Shown in pieces: positions 13,662 through 27,492 of a DNA stretch of 64,000 bases (position 1 is the stretch's first letter; the number at the start of each line of letters is the position of its first letter). The DNA lies in contig OY986948.1 of assembly GCA_963920595.1 (NCBI GenBank), positions 3,844,001 to 3,908,000 on the forward strand. The letters run 5' to 3'. This DNA comes from Eimeria praecox (lineage: Eukaryota). Made by a program: the position numbers and the translations under genes. The notes under the pieces are model-generated. The model was given only the letters and a program-made list of their open reading frames with translations. It had not been told where the DNA came from and searched no databases.

Positions 13662-15178
13662 TTTGTTTATTTATTAGTTAATTAATTATTTGATTGATTA
13701 ACAAATTACGTTTAAACAAATAACTAAATAATCATAATTAACTAATTAATAATAATTAATTAAATATAATTAAATATAATTAATTAAATATAATTAATTA
13801 AATATAATTAATTAAATATAATTAATTAAATATAATTAATTAAATACAATTAATTAAATATAATTAATTAAATATAATTAACTAAATATAATTAATTAAA
13901 TTTAATTAATTAAATATAATTAATTAAATTTAATTAAATATAACTAATTAAATACAATTAATTAAATATAATTAATTAAATATGATTAATTAAATATAAT
14001 TAATTAATTAATTATTTTTCTTACTTGTTTATTTTTATATTTTACAACAAACAAAATTTTTTGTTTTTTTTTCGAATTTTTTTTTGTATTTTCTTCAACA
14101 AACAAAAATCGTAATCTCTCATCAAATCGAAATTCTTCGTTTTTTATTTTATTATTTATATTTATTTGTGTTGTTTTTATATTATTATTTATATTATTTA
14201 TATTATTTATACTATTTAGATTATTTAGATTATTTAGATTATTATTATTAGTAGTATTATTGTTTGTATTAATATTAATAAGTATATTATTTTTATTACT
14301 ATACACATCATCATACAAGCCGCCCTTCAATTCCTCCAGCCGACGAACATCTAGGGGGGCCCCTAGGGGGGCCCCTAGAGGGGCCCCTACAGGGGCCCCC
14401 AGAGGGGCCCCTACAGGGGCCCCCAGAGGGGCCCCTACAGGGGCCCCCAGAGGGGCTTCTTCATGGGGGGCCCCTCTAGGGGCCCCTACAGGGGCCCCTA
14501 GAGGGGCCCCCAGAAGGGTTTCTTCATGGGGGGCCCCTAGAGGGGCCCCCAGAGGGGTCCCTGGAGGGGCCCCTAGAGGGGCCCCTCGAGGGGCCCCCAA
14601 AGAGGGGGCCCCTGGAGGGATCCCCAGAAGGGTATATTCCTGGGGGGCCCCCGCAAGGGCCCTTAGAGGGGCCTCTTCATGGGGGGCCCCTTGGGGGGCC
14701 CCTTGGGGGGCCCCTTGGGGGACCCCTTGGGGGGCCCCCTGGGAGACAACCTTGGGGGGCCCCTCTAAGGAGGGTGAGGGCCTGCTCTGAGTTCTTCTTT
14801 GGTGCTGCGAAGCAGAGGGAGGGAAGGCACCTATAGATAAGGGCTGCTGCTGGTGCGGCTGCTGCTGCAGCAGCAGCTGCTGCTGCTGCTGCAAGAACTG
14901 GTGCTGCTGCTGCTGCTGCTGCTGCTGAACAGGCGATGAGGTATATTGCTGCGAAGGAAGCAAATAAGGCGGCTGCTGCAGAAGCATCCCCTGCTGCTGC
15001 TGCTGCTGCAGCAGCTGCTGCTGATACTGCTGCTGATGATGATGATGCTGTTGCTGCTGCTGATGCTGCTGCTGCTGATGGTGGCGATGATGCTGCTGGT
15101 GTTGCTGCTGCTGCTGCTGCTGCAGGGGATACGAATGCTGTAGAGGGAGCGCTCCAGAGAAGGTTGACGCTGGCTGTT

Positions 15179-15211
<33 letters not shown>

Positions 15212-15669
15212 GTGTTGCTGCTATTCCTGGTGCTCCTGTAGGGTGTACACGGCCCCCCCCTTGCTGCAGCTGCGTTTGTAGCTGCAGCCGCTGCTGCTGC
15301 TGCTGCTGCTGTCTTTGAAGCCGCTGCTGCTCAGCTGCCAGCCTCGCTTGCTGCTGCTGCTGCTGCCGCTCTCGGCGAGCCAGTTGAGCAGGATTGCTGC
15401 TGCTGCTGCTGCTGGTGCTGCTGCTGTTGCTGCTGCTGCTGCTGCCGGCTCCACGGCGGTTTGTATTGGTGTTTAGAGGCGCAGGTCTACGTTGAAGCTG
15501 TTGAACCCCCTGCTGCTGCTGCTGCTGCTGTTGCTGCTGCTGTTGCTGCTGCTGCTGCAGCTGCAGAGGGAATTGTAGCTGCAGCTGGAGGCCGTTGGCG
15601 TTGCTGCGTTGTCTGCCTCTCAGTCCTTGCTGCTGCTGCTCTCCTCTCTCTTCTAACGTCTCAGGAAGC

Positions 15670-15702
<33 letters not shown>

Positions 15703-15783
15703 ATTGCTGCTGCTCCTTCAGACTCAACCCACAACTCTCCCCCTCTATAAGCCCCGCCTGCTGCTGCGTGGCTGCTCCTACCT

Positions 15784-15826
<43 letters not shown>

Positions 15827-15996
15827 CAGCAGAGATCTGCTGGCTCCTTGGCTGAGGTGCAGCAGGAAATAACTCATCACCTCTACCATGTGCAGCAGCA
15901 GCAGCAGCAGCAGCAGCAGCTGCTGCTGCTGCTGCTGTATCTTCAGCCCCCCCCTCCCTTGAAAACGTACTTACCCTAGGGAACACTACATCTACA

Positions 15997-16036
<40 letters not shown>

Positions 16037-16108
16037 AGCTCTCTGGCTGTCTGTGTGCAGCATAGAACCCGTCCATACCAGAAGCTAAACCACTTCCTGA
16101 AGGCCCCA

Positions 16109-16140
<32 letters not shown>

Positions 16141-16417
16141 AGCAGCAGCGGTGCAGCAGCAGCAGCAGCAAATGTGCTGTCAACTCTTCTGCTGCTAGGC
16201 CCGAGCGGAAGCAGCATCTCTGTTTGTATATCCTGCTGCAGTGGCTGCTGCTGCTGCTGCTGCTGCATCAATAGTTGCTGCTGCTGCTGCAGCGGCAGCT
16301 GCAGCAGTTGCTGCTGCTGCTGCTGTTCTGCTGCTGCTCTCAAAGCCTCAGATGCAACAGTTTGTCTCTCTAAATCTGAAGGAGGATTTTGCTGCGTCTG
16401 CTGCAGGCTGCTGCTGA

Positions 16418-16450
<33 letters not shown>

Positions 16451-16642
16451 GCTGCTGCTGCTGCTGCTGCTGCTGCGGCAGGGTGTCTGCAGCCCGGGCG
16501 AAGTATGCTTGTTGCTGCTGTTGCTGCAGCAGCAGTTGCTGCTGCAGCAACAATTGCTGCTGTTCTGGTGTTGTAGGAGAATCGAGATTAAGAGCTGTTG
16601 CTGTTGCTGCTGCTCCTGTGTCTGCTAAACGAGCTGCTCCCA

Positions 16643-16683
<41 letters not shown>

Positions 16684-17519
16684 AGGTCTTGCTGCCTTTG
16701 TAGGTTGCTTGCTGTGTATTGCTGTAGGAGAAGCTGCTGCTGTCGCTGCTGCTCTTCGTGCTGCAGCCTCAGCAGTGCTTCAGCTCCCAAGACCGATGTT
16801 TGTTTTTGCTGCTGCTGCTGCAGTTGCTGCTGCAGTTGCTGCTGCTGCTGTGCGGCTGTAGCACCAGCATCAAAGACAGCATCTACGCCGTCTGCGGTGT
16901 ATATTGCTGCTGCTGTTGCTGCATCAGGAGCAGCAGCAGCAGCAATATCAAATCTAAATCTCTCTCGAAGCGACTGCAGCAGAAAATCTACTTCGGTCAT
17001 ATCGCACACAACGTTGTTGAAAGGATGAGCCTCGCTGCTGCTGCTGCTGCTGCTGCTGCGGCTGCTGCTGCTGCTGCTGCTGCTGCGAGGCCCTTTTGCT
17101 GCTGATACAACTCCTTTAGGAAGCTTCTGCTGCTGCTGTTGTTGCTGCTTCTTCTCATCCTTCTCCTCTTCCTCTTTCCCTTGCTGCTGCTCTTGCTGCT
17201 GCTCTTGCTGCTGCTCTTGCTGCTGCTCTTGCTGCTGCTCCTGCTGCTCTTCTTGCTGCTGCTGCTGCTGCTGCTGTAATCTTCGTGCTGCAGCAGCCCC
17301 AGAGGCGCCGCCTCTCCATAGCTGTGAGCCTCCTGCTAGATCAGGCTGTTGCTGCTGCAGCAGCTGCTGCTGTTGCTGCTGCTGCTGTTGTTGAAGAAGA
17401 AGTTGCTGTTGCTGCTGTTGCTGCAGCATCAACATTTGCTGCTGTTGCTGCTGTTGATGTTGTTGCTGTTGCAGTAGCTGTTCCTTCTGTTGCTGCTCGT
17501 ACAGCTGTTCCTGCAGCAG

Positions 17520-17565
<46 letters not shown>

Positions 17566-17673
17566 GGTGTATCCGCAGCTTGAAGAAGTGTAGGGGGATT
17601 CGGCAGCCAGGGTATACTCCACTGAGGCCCCTCAGACACACCGCTGAGGTCTATGATCTGCTGCAGCAGCAGA

Positions 17674-17710
<37 letters not shown>

Positions 17711-17759
17711 CGCTATTCTGCTGCTGTTCTTGCTGCTGCTGCTGCTGCTGCTGCATATC

Positions 17760-17791
<32 letters not shown>

Positions 17792-18014
17792 CTTCTCTGA
17801 ACTTGAAGCAGCAAATTAATGCAGCCTGCAGCAAACGTATTTGATTTGATGTGTGCTCAGCCTTTGCTGCTGCTGCTGCTGCTGCAGCATCAAACATTCC
17901 CCTCAAATTATTATTTATTATATTTTTATTTGTTTTAATAAATTTAGATTGTTGAGGAATAGAAGAAAACAAAAACGACTGTGCTTGCTGCTGCACTAGT
18001 GCTTCCATTCCCGT

Positions 18015-18045
<31 letters not shown>

Positions 18046-18055
18046 AGCAACCAGA

Positions 18056-18087
<32 letters not shown>

Positions 18088-18381
18088 ATGTGCTGCTGCA
18101 TCTGCTGCTGCAGCTGATGCTGCTGCAGCTCCTGCATCGCATCAAAAGACTTATTAAATGCTTCGATCTGCAGGGATAGAAGTTTCTGGAGTATAGGAAG
18201 ACAGACAGGGAGAGGAGCAGCAACACATTTATTCTCGGCAGCAGCACAATAACCGAAGGGCGAGCCAAAGCCCCAACAATCTGCATCTTGAATGCATGCA
18301 TGACGATCAACAGACTCGCATGCAACATGCAGCAGCACAGGATCATCAGCATATTCCTCCTGATGCTGCTGCTGCTGTTGT

Positions 18382-18413
<32 letters not shown>

Positions 18414-18420
18414 TTGTTGT

Positions 18421-18452
<32 letters not shown>

Positions 18453-18503
18453 TTGTTGTTGTTGTTGTTGAGGAGAAGGAGAAAAAGGAGGGTCTTGTTG
18501 ATG

Positions 18504-18554
<51 letters not shown>

Positions 18555-18648
18555 AAACCCCACAATTACGGGGCGGCTCCAGGGGACACAAACATAAAGA
18601 GGAGATACAGCATAACCTATACTGACAACTCCTCGATGCACTATAGCT

Positions 18649-18695
<47 letters not shown>

Positions 18696-18912
18696 TGCTG
18701 CTGTTGCTGTTGCTGCTGGTGCTGCTGCTGCTGCTTCAGAGGGATCTGCAGCAGGAAGAACAGAGAATGGCGGGCTGCATATATGGTTGATGCAGATTAA
18801 GCTGTCTATACACTCGAATGTGTCGAACCCCACACATATATCACCGAGGCGACGCTGTAGAGAACAGCCTCCTACTGCAGCAGAGCAGTAATAACCCTGT
18901 ACACACAAACAG

Positions 18913-18954
<42 letters not shown>

Positions 18955-19063
18955 GAGCAGCAGCAGCAGCAGCAGCAAGAGCAGCAGCAGCAAGAGAAGC
19001 AGAAGTTAAGATATTGTCTGCAGCGTTTTTGCTTTAAGACACAGCAGCCGAGCGAACATCAAT

Positions 19064-19094
<31 letters not shown>

Positions 19095-19106
19095 ATCTAG
19101 CAGCAG

Positions 19107-19187
<81 letters not shown>

Positions 19188-19294
19188 ATGACTCACCTCT
19201 CTGCAGCAGGTGCTGTCGCATGCAGATACACCTCGAGGCTTTAAGCTTCCCTGCAAAGGCTGGAGAAGAGGAAGAGAGCTTCCTGTATAACCAG

Positions 19295-19370
<76 letters not shown>

Positions 19371-19672
19371 ATACAGCTGCTCGCGTGTTTGCTGCGAGGT
19401 GTAGGGAGAGCGGCATTCACCCCACGCAGCACTCAAGAGGTCGCAGCTAACTTGCCCGTGCTGCTGCTGCTGCTGCTGCTGCTGTATCTGCTGCAGCAGC
19501 TGCTGCTGCTGCATCTGCTGCTGCTGCTGCTGCTGCGGCTGCTGTTGCTGCTGCAGGAACATCTGTTGCTGTTGCTGCTGCGGCGTTTGCATCATCCAGC
19601 TCAGACTGTCGGGTGTTTGACTGCCGATGTTTGCTGCTGCAGCCCCACCGCTGCTGCTGCTGCTGCTGCCGG

Positions 19673-19724
<52 letters not shown>

Positions 19725-19820
19725 AGGTATGTCGTCTTCTTCCTCTATCCACTCAACCTCATCGCCCCAGCTCTCGTCCCACGGCACCCACTGCCACTCT
19801 TCTTCACTGCTGCTCCCACC

Positions 19821-19860
<40 letters not shown>

Positions 19861-19953
19861 CGATCAGCAGTAGCCCCTGTCGCTAATGCTTCTCCGCGCG
19901 TATTCATGCTTCCTCTCTTCTTAACAGGACGGCCGACGCCCCCTCCCCCTCTG

Positions 19954-19987
<34 letters not shown>

Positions 19988-20351
19988 TTGCTGCTGCTGC
20001 TGCTGCTGGTGTTGCTGCTGCTGCTGTTGGTGTTGCTGCTGCTGGGGCTGGTGCTGCTGCTGCTCGTGCTCCTCCTGTGGCTGGTCTTGTTGCTGCAGCA
20101 GCAGGAGCTGCTAAGGCTGCTGTCACTTCTCCCCCTGCTGCTGCTGCTGCTGCTGTTGCTGCTGCTCCTTCTGCTATTCCTTCTGCTGCTTCTTCTGCTG
20201 CTGCTGCTGTTGCTGCAGATGGAGGCGAAGCACGCGGGCTTGGCTTTGCAGCATCTGCTGCTGCTGCTGCTGCTGCTGTGCCTGATGGAGGGTTCTGCTG
20301 CTGCGGAGACTGACGGGCCTGTGAGTTGGGCCCCCTTGCTGCTGCTGCTGC

Positions 20352-20383
<32 letters not shown>

Positions 20384-20704
20384 CAGCTGCTGGTGTCGCT
20401 GTTGCTGTTGCACCTTGCTGAGCATTTGCTGCTGTATCTGGAGCATCTGCTGCTGCTGCTGCTGCTGCAGCAGCAGCAGCAGCAGCAGCAGCGGAGTCAG
20501 AGGGTTTTCGTCCTGCTGCAGCATCAGGGGATGCTGCAGCTGCTGGCTGCCTCCCACGTGCTGCTGCTGTGCCTGTTGCTGTTGCTGCTGCTGCTGCACC
20601 TGTTGCTGTTGCTGCTGCTGCTGCTGCATCGTCAGCAGACAGACTTTGGTTATCTCTCGTTGTAGGGGGCGAAGCAGAACCCGCTGGAGGCCTTCGCTGC
20701 CTGT

Positions 20705-20737
<33 letters not shown>

Positions 20738-21493
20738 GTGTTGCTGTTGCTGCTGCTGGTGTTGCTGCTGCTGCTGCTGGTGTTGCTGCTGCTGCTGCTG
20801 CTGCTTCATCGGCTGCTGCATCAAGATTGTTTGAGCGGCGATTCGGAATTTCTTCTTCTCTATGCTGAGGTGTACGGACAGCTGGGGGTTGTCTGCGTGC
20901 TCTCCCTGCTGCTGCTGCTGCTGCTGCTGTTGGTGCTGTTGCTGCTGCTGCTGGTGCTGCTGCTGCTGCTGTTGTTGGTGCTGTTGCTGCTGCTGCTGCT
21001 GGTGCTGCTGCTGCTGCATCATACGTTTCTTCGCCGCCTTCATCTCCATCAATTGAATGCCTAGACCTTCTCGCAGCAGCAGCAGCAGCAGCAGCAGCAG
21101 GTGCAGCAGCAGCAGCAGGTGCAGCAGCAGCAGCAGGTGCAGCAGCAGCAGCAGCAGCAGCAGCAGGTGCAGCAGCAGAGTCAGCACCATAAGGTAGCAG
21201 AGCATCCTCTTTGTGTTCGTCTTCTCTCTCTGCTGCTGCTGCTTCTGCTTCTGCTGCTGCTGCTGCTGCTTCATCTTCTGCTGCTGATAATATTCCCCTT
21301 CCATCATCATCATCATATGCTGCTGCTGCTGCTTCTGTTGCTGCTGCTGCTTCTGTTGCTGCTGCTGCTGCTGTCTCTATATCTTTTGTTTCTTCTTCTT
21401 CGTCTTCGACGTCTTCGTCTCTTCTATCAACGTTATTCGGAAGAGGCCCCCGCACTGCAGATCTGCTGCTGCTGCTGCTGCTGCTGTTGCTTC

Positions 21494-21532
<39 letters not shown>

Positions 21533-21697
21533 GGGTGTTGAAGAGAGAATCAAGTGCGTCTGCAGGGTATACGCCGTCTCCTCCTGCTGCAGCAGCAGCA
21601 GCAGATAAAGCATCTTGCTGCTGTCTACTTGTTCGTGCTGCTGCTGCTGCTGCACTGCTGCTGCTGCTGCTGCCGCTGCTGTCGCTGCTGCTGCTGT

Positions 21698-21732
<35 letters not shown>

Positions 21733-22003
21733 TAGGGGGAGAGGATGTCTTGGTGTGTGAGTTGTGTGGGGTCTTGAGAGTTTGTTTGCGTCTTTCTTCG
21801 AATCCTCCTACTTGATTTTATTTCTTCTTCTTCTTCTCTTTCTTCTTCTTCTTCTTCTTCTTCTCTTTCTTCTTCTTCTCTTCTATCTCTTCCTTCTTCT
21901 TCTTCTTCTTCTTCTTCTTCTTCTTCTTCATCTATCAACTCGGCTGTGGAAGCATAAGAAGGCCACCCTCCAGAACGGCTGTGCTGCGCCTCCTCGCTGC
22001 TGC

Positions 22004-22043
<40 letters not shown>

Positions 22044-22204
22044 CGTGTTGCTGCTGCTGCTGCTGAGATGCTGTGGGCCTCGCCTCTGTCTATTTGCTGC
22101 TGCTGTTCTGCTGCTGTCTCCACGGTGCTGAGGTGTACGTACACCTGAATCTGCAGCGAGCAAAATGCCGCCGCCCCAGCCATCTTCTTCTTCATCTTCA
22201 TCTT

Positions 22205-22236
<32 letters not shown>

Positions 22237-22560
22237 CGTTCAGCAGCAGCAGCAGGATTAGCAGAAACAGGATAAGCAGCAGCACGATCAGTAGCACGAG
22301 CAGCAGCACGAGAAGCAGCAGCAGCAGCAGCAGCAGCAGGACCAGCAGCACGAGCAGCAGCAGCAGCAGCCGCACGATCAGTAGCAGCAGCAGCAGCAAC
22401 ATGATCAGCAGCAGCAGCAGCAGCAGCAGCAAGATTGGATTGAGCTTCATCGATTCTTCCTACAAATCCCGCAGGATATATTTCTTCTTCAAATGCACGC
22501 AGAGTGCTGTCTTCAGGTGTATAGACACCTCCTTCTAGCTGCTGCTGCTGCTGCTGCTGC

Positions 22561-22592
<32 letters not shown>

Positions 22593-22700
22593 CTGTTGCT
22601 GCTGCTGCTCTTCTGCTTCTTCAAACAGAGAGAACAAATTGCTGCTGTTCCTGCTGTTGCTCCTGCGGCTCCTCCTGCGACTGCTGCTGCTGCTGCTGCT

Positions 22701-22737
<37 letters not shown>

Positions 22738-23092
22738 CTGTCTTCGAAGTCGCCAAAAGAGAAACCATTGATCCTAGAGAGCGCCCGCTCCTCAACCCCA
22801 CCCTCCTGCTGCTGCTGCAGCAGCTGCTGCTGCTGCAGCAGCTGCTGCTCCTCCAGCAGCTGCTGCTGCTGCCGCTGCTCCTGCTGCTGCTGTTGCTGCA
22901 GCTGCTGCTGTTGCTGCTGTTCGGTGCTGCTGCTGTTGAAGGGCTTCGGGTTTGCTGCTGCTTCTTCTCCATCCAATGCAGCAGCAGCAGCAGCAGCAAA
23001 ATGCTGCTGCCTCTGACTTTGGAGTGTTGCTTCATTGCTTCCTTCCTCGCTGCTGCTGCTGCTGCTGCTGCTGTTGCTGCTGCTGTTGCTGC

Positions 23093-23123
<31 letters not shown>

Positions 23124-23439
23124 CAAGCTAGGGTTGTTGTTGCTGCTGCTGCTGTTGATTGCATTGGTGCTGCTGATGGAGCTGGCAGTGTTGTTGTTGC
23201 TGTCGCTGCTGCCGTTGCTGCTGCTGCTGTAGCTGCTCGTGTAGCTGCTGCTGCTACTGCCGCTGCTGCTGCTGCTGCTGCTGCTGTCGTTGTTGCTGTA
23301 GCTGTTGCTATGGTTGCTTCCTAACTCTTCCTCGTAAGGAGGCAGCAGCTGCTGCTGCAGCTGCAGCTGCTGCTGCTGCAACTGCTGCTGCTGCACGGGT
23401 GCGCTGCTGCTGCCGAAATCCCCTGCAGCTTCCTTCACA

Positions 23440-23474
<35 letters not shown>

Positions 23475-23807
23475 TTGCTGCTGTTGCTGCTGCTGCAGCA
23501 GCAGCATTTCTCCTCCTTCGGAGGCCTCAGGCTCATTTAGTAGTTGCTGTTCTTGCGGCTGCTGCTGCAGGATCTGCTGCTGCAGCAGCAGCAGCGGCTG
23601 CTGCTGCTGCCGCTGCCGTTCCGGGATCTGCTGCTGCTGCTGCTGCTGCTGCTGCAATTGCTGCTGCTGCTGCTCTATGTGCTGCTGCTGAATCTGCTGC
23701 TGCTGCTGCTGCTGCTGCTGTGAGTTTTCATACGGTTCGAGGCTTCGCTCTGCTGGCAGCAGCAGCAAATCAGCGGGCTGCTGCAGCAGCACTTGACGTG
23801 CCAGTTC

Positions 23808-23853
<46 letters not shown>

Positions 23854-24243
23854 AGGTGTAAATGGTGGGGGAGCTCTTCGTCTCTGTCGGTCTGCTGCAG
23901 CATTTGCTGCTGTTCGTCGTGCTGCTGCAGCAGCACGGGCTGCTGCTCTATGTGCTGCTGCTGCAGTTGCTGCTGCAGTTGCTGCTGCTGGTTGCTCGAG
24001 TTGTTGTATTGCTGCTGCAGGTGCTGCTGCTGCGAGTCCTGCTGCTGGGGTTCTTGCTGCTGCTGCAGCAGCACTTGCTGCTGCTGCTGCAGCACTTGCT
24101 GCTGCTCCATTGGTATTGACAGCAGCACCATGTTTTGCTGCTGCTGCTGCTGGTGCTGCTGCTGCTGGTGCTGCTGCTGCTGCTGCTGCGGGTTTGTCTG
24201 CAGCAGCAAATCGTCTTGCTGCAGCAGAGGAAACTGTCGATGC

Positions 24244-24278
<35 letters not shown>

Positions 24279-24360
24279 TTGCTGCAGCTGCTGCTGTTGC
24301 AGCAGCGGATACTGGTGACCTGGCTGCAGCCGCGTTGCGTGCTGCGGGCCTGTCTCCTGC

Positions 24361-24393
<33 letters not shown>

Positions 24394-24597
24394 AGCAGCA
24401 AATCTTCGTGTCGTCTGCTGCTGCTAGTTGAGTTAAGGAGTTGCAGCGGCTGCTGCTGCTGCTGCAGCAGCGGCTGCCATTTGCTGCTGGAAGCAGCAGC
24501 AGCTGCTGCTGCTGCTGCTCCGCTGCTGCTGTCTGCTGCTGCAGGGGCGCTGCCTCCTGCAGGCGGCAGCAGCAGCAACGGAGATGCACCTCCTTGC

Positions 24598-24653
<56 letters not shown>

Positions 24654-24724
24654 CAGCAAACTGCTTCTGTCAACTTCCTGCTCGACTACCGAAGGAGATG
24701 AAAACCCAGACAGCCCCTCTACAG

Positions 24725-24777
<53 letters not shown>

Positions 24778-24876
24778 ATGGCGGCTCTGCTGCTGCTTCT
24801 GTCGAATACATACGGATGTGTGCTCTCCCAACTCCTCTTGCAGCTACCCTCGCAGCGGCGTTTGTGTCTGTTGTTT

Positions 24877-24910
<34 letters not shown>

Positions 24911-24977
24911 CTGCAGCAGCAGCAACACGAGCACCAGGAAGACAGAGCGAAGCAACCCAAGACAGAGCAGCAGCATT

Positions 24978-25008
<31 letters not shown>

Positions 25009-25116
25009 TCTTCTTCTGTACAGAACGCAGCAAATGCATGCGTAGGATAGAGAGATTTTGATTTTTTATTTATTTTCTTCGGTGTATACGACTGTGCTCG
25101 TATTCGAAAGCCTGTG

Positions 25117-25162
<46 letters not shown>

Positions 25163-25301
25163 TTGCTGCTGCTGCTGCTGGTGGTGGTGCTGGTGGTGCT
25201 GTTGCTGCTGCTGCTTCAGTAGACGCCAGCAGCTGCAGCTCTTCGATTGTTTTTCTGTCTACGGGGAATCTAAACACATCTTCATCTGCTGCTGCTGCTG
25301 C

Positions 25302-25340
<39 letters not shown>

Positions 25341-25431
25341 TGCACGCAGCTCGTCAAGCAGCTGCAGGGCTGTATTTTGCAACGACTGCAACTCCAAAGC
25401 CATCTGCTGCTGCTGCTGCTGCAGTTGCTGC

Positions 25432-25486
<55 letters not shown>

Positions 25487-25614
25487 TCTGTTGTTTTGGC
25501 TGCAGCAATTGAAGTTGTCTGAGAGAGTCTGAGTTTGCAGCAGCAGCAGCAGCAGGACGAGCAGCAACAGCAGCAGCAGCAGGAATAGGAGCAGCAATAA
25601 GGGAAGGCTGATAT

Positions 25615-25650
<36 letters not shown>

Positions 25651-25922
25651 TGTTTATTAATTTGAATAGGAGGTATGTGAGGGAGCAAAGAGCGACAGAC
25701 GCCGTCGACGCAGGCGCTGCAGCTGCTGCTGCATCTAACCAAAGTGCTGCAGCTCTCTCCTACAGCAGCAGCAGATATAACACACACGTGAGCAGCAGCA
25801 GCAGCAGCAGCAGCAGGAGCAGCAGCAGCAGCAGGAGCAGCAGCAGCAGCAACAGGAGCAGCAGGAACAGCAGAAGAAAAGGAAGAGAAAGAACTGGGGG
25901 GAAGCGCCTGCAACGATCGAAT

Positions 25923-26017
<95 letters not shown>

Positions 26018-26159
26018 TGTCTTGCAGCAGCAGCATCGGTTTTGTTTGGTGTTTAAGACTACGTTGAGTTTGTGTATTAGGGAAAGGAGAATTGCTGCTG
26101 TAGATATAATGAGTGTTGCTGCTGAGTGTGTTATCTGCTGCTGCTGCTGCTGCTGCTGT

Positions 26160-26191
<32 letters not shown>

Positions 26192-26559
26192 CTGCTGCTG
26201 GTGGTGGTGGCGGTGCTATTGCTGGTGTTGCTGATGCAGCAGCAGCAGCAGCAGCAGGAGCAGCAGCAGCAGCAGGGGGAGGAAGATAGGTAGGAGCACA
26301 CTTCAAGAGGCCGCATGCAGCAGCAGCAGCAGCAGGATTGCATGCATCCCCAGCAGCATTTGCAGCAGCAGCACAACGTCTAGCAGCAGCATCACAAATT
26401 AAATCTTCTCTACAAATAAAAATAGAAGAAATACAAGAAGAGCCGATGTCGCCATAACCGGGGTAGACGCATATGCCTATACACTCAAACACACAACAAC
26501 TCTTCTGTTGATGATGATGATGTTGTTGCTGCTGCTGCTGCTGTTGTTGTTGTTGCTGC

Positions 26560-26597
<38 letters not shown>

Positions 26598-26616
26598 TTG
26601 GTGTTGCTGCTGCTGT

Positions 26617-26648
<32 letters not shown>

Positions 26649-26750
26649 TTGGTGTTGCTGCTGCTGCTGTTGGTGTTGGTGTTGCTGATGGTTATGAGGC
26701 TGGAGATGCAGCAGCAGAAAAGAAAGCAGATACTACCACCATAGCAGCCT

Positions 26751-26783
<33 letters not shown>

Positions 26784-27093
26784 CGAGCCAGCAGCAACAA
26801 CAACAGCAGCAGCAGCAAAAGAAGAAGAACACCCACAACAGCAGCAACAGCAGCAACAGCAGCAACAGCAGCAACTGCAGCAACAACAGAAACAACAACA
26901 GAAACAACAGCAACAACCGCAGCAACTGCAGCAGCAACAACAGCAACAACAACAACAGCAACAACAACAGCAACAACAACAGCAACAACAGCAGCAACAA
27001 CAACAGCAACAACAGCAACAACAGCAGCAGCAGCAGCAGCACCATCAGCAGCAACAACAACAGCAGCAACAACAGCAGCAACAGCAGCACCAT

Positions 27094-27131
<38 letters not shown>

Positions 27132-27309
27132 CCATCAGCAGCAAGCTGAAGAATAAACAATCGTTAAATAGTAATATATTCACCTGTAGAATCTTCTGGT
27201 GTCTGTACACTGCAGATGAGGGGGACAGAGCATCTTCTTCTGTTGCTGTCTTTCGATAAATGCGAAGACGGAGTACATATACTTCCTTTAGTTTCAAATG
27301 CTGCTGATT

Positions 27310-27353
<44 letters not shown>

Positions 27354-27460
27354 TGATGCCGTCGTCGTAAATAATATACAACGCCAACAGCAGCAGAAGT
27401 TAATGCTACAAGACATAATATCGTTAGAAACAAACGAATAAACTTCTTCGTCTTCTTCAT
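8594..27460 (-). CDS. Giant hypothetical membrane-anchored protein (~4,712 aa if one gene): N-terminal signal/TM anchor, Cys-rich modules, very long Q/A/S low-complexity regions, GAP repeats, C-terminal SEA-like alpha/beta repeats; model complement(join(8594..8740,9756..10066,10568..10715,11007..11066,11410..12155,12717..13014,14025..18896,19197..26476,27184..27460))
   Basis: Two huge ORFs (19059-26492, 14004-18908) plus smaller exons joined by eight GT-AG introns, all phase-compatible (total 14,139 nt, divisible by 3). N-terminus MKKTKKFIRLFLTILCLVALTSAAVGVVYYLRRRH. Cys clusters continue across junctions (STG|ICVYPG; CDSTCCRE|GYYCS). The ORF 14004 tail carries a strong donor, CAA|GTAAGA, at 14024. 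Some 3' donors are weak (GTAGGA, GTCAAA). Confidence 0.6.
13757..14012. repeat. AT-only 14-bp minisatellite (TAATTAAATATAAT)n, intronic in the giant-gene model
   Basis: Directly visible tandem repeat. Confidence 0.9.
14353..14765. repeat. Self-complementary GGGGCCCC 12-bp-period coding repeat (Gly-Ala-Pro-X)
   Basis: More than 25 GGGGCCCC-type cores; reads GAPLGAPVGAP.. on the - strand and GAPRGAPT.. on the + strand. Confidence 0.95.
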
Positions 27461-27492
27461 CTTTATTTTAAAAATAAAAACAGTTAGGGACA

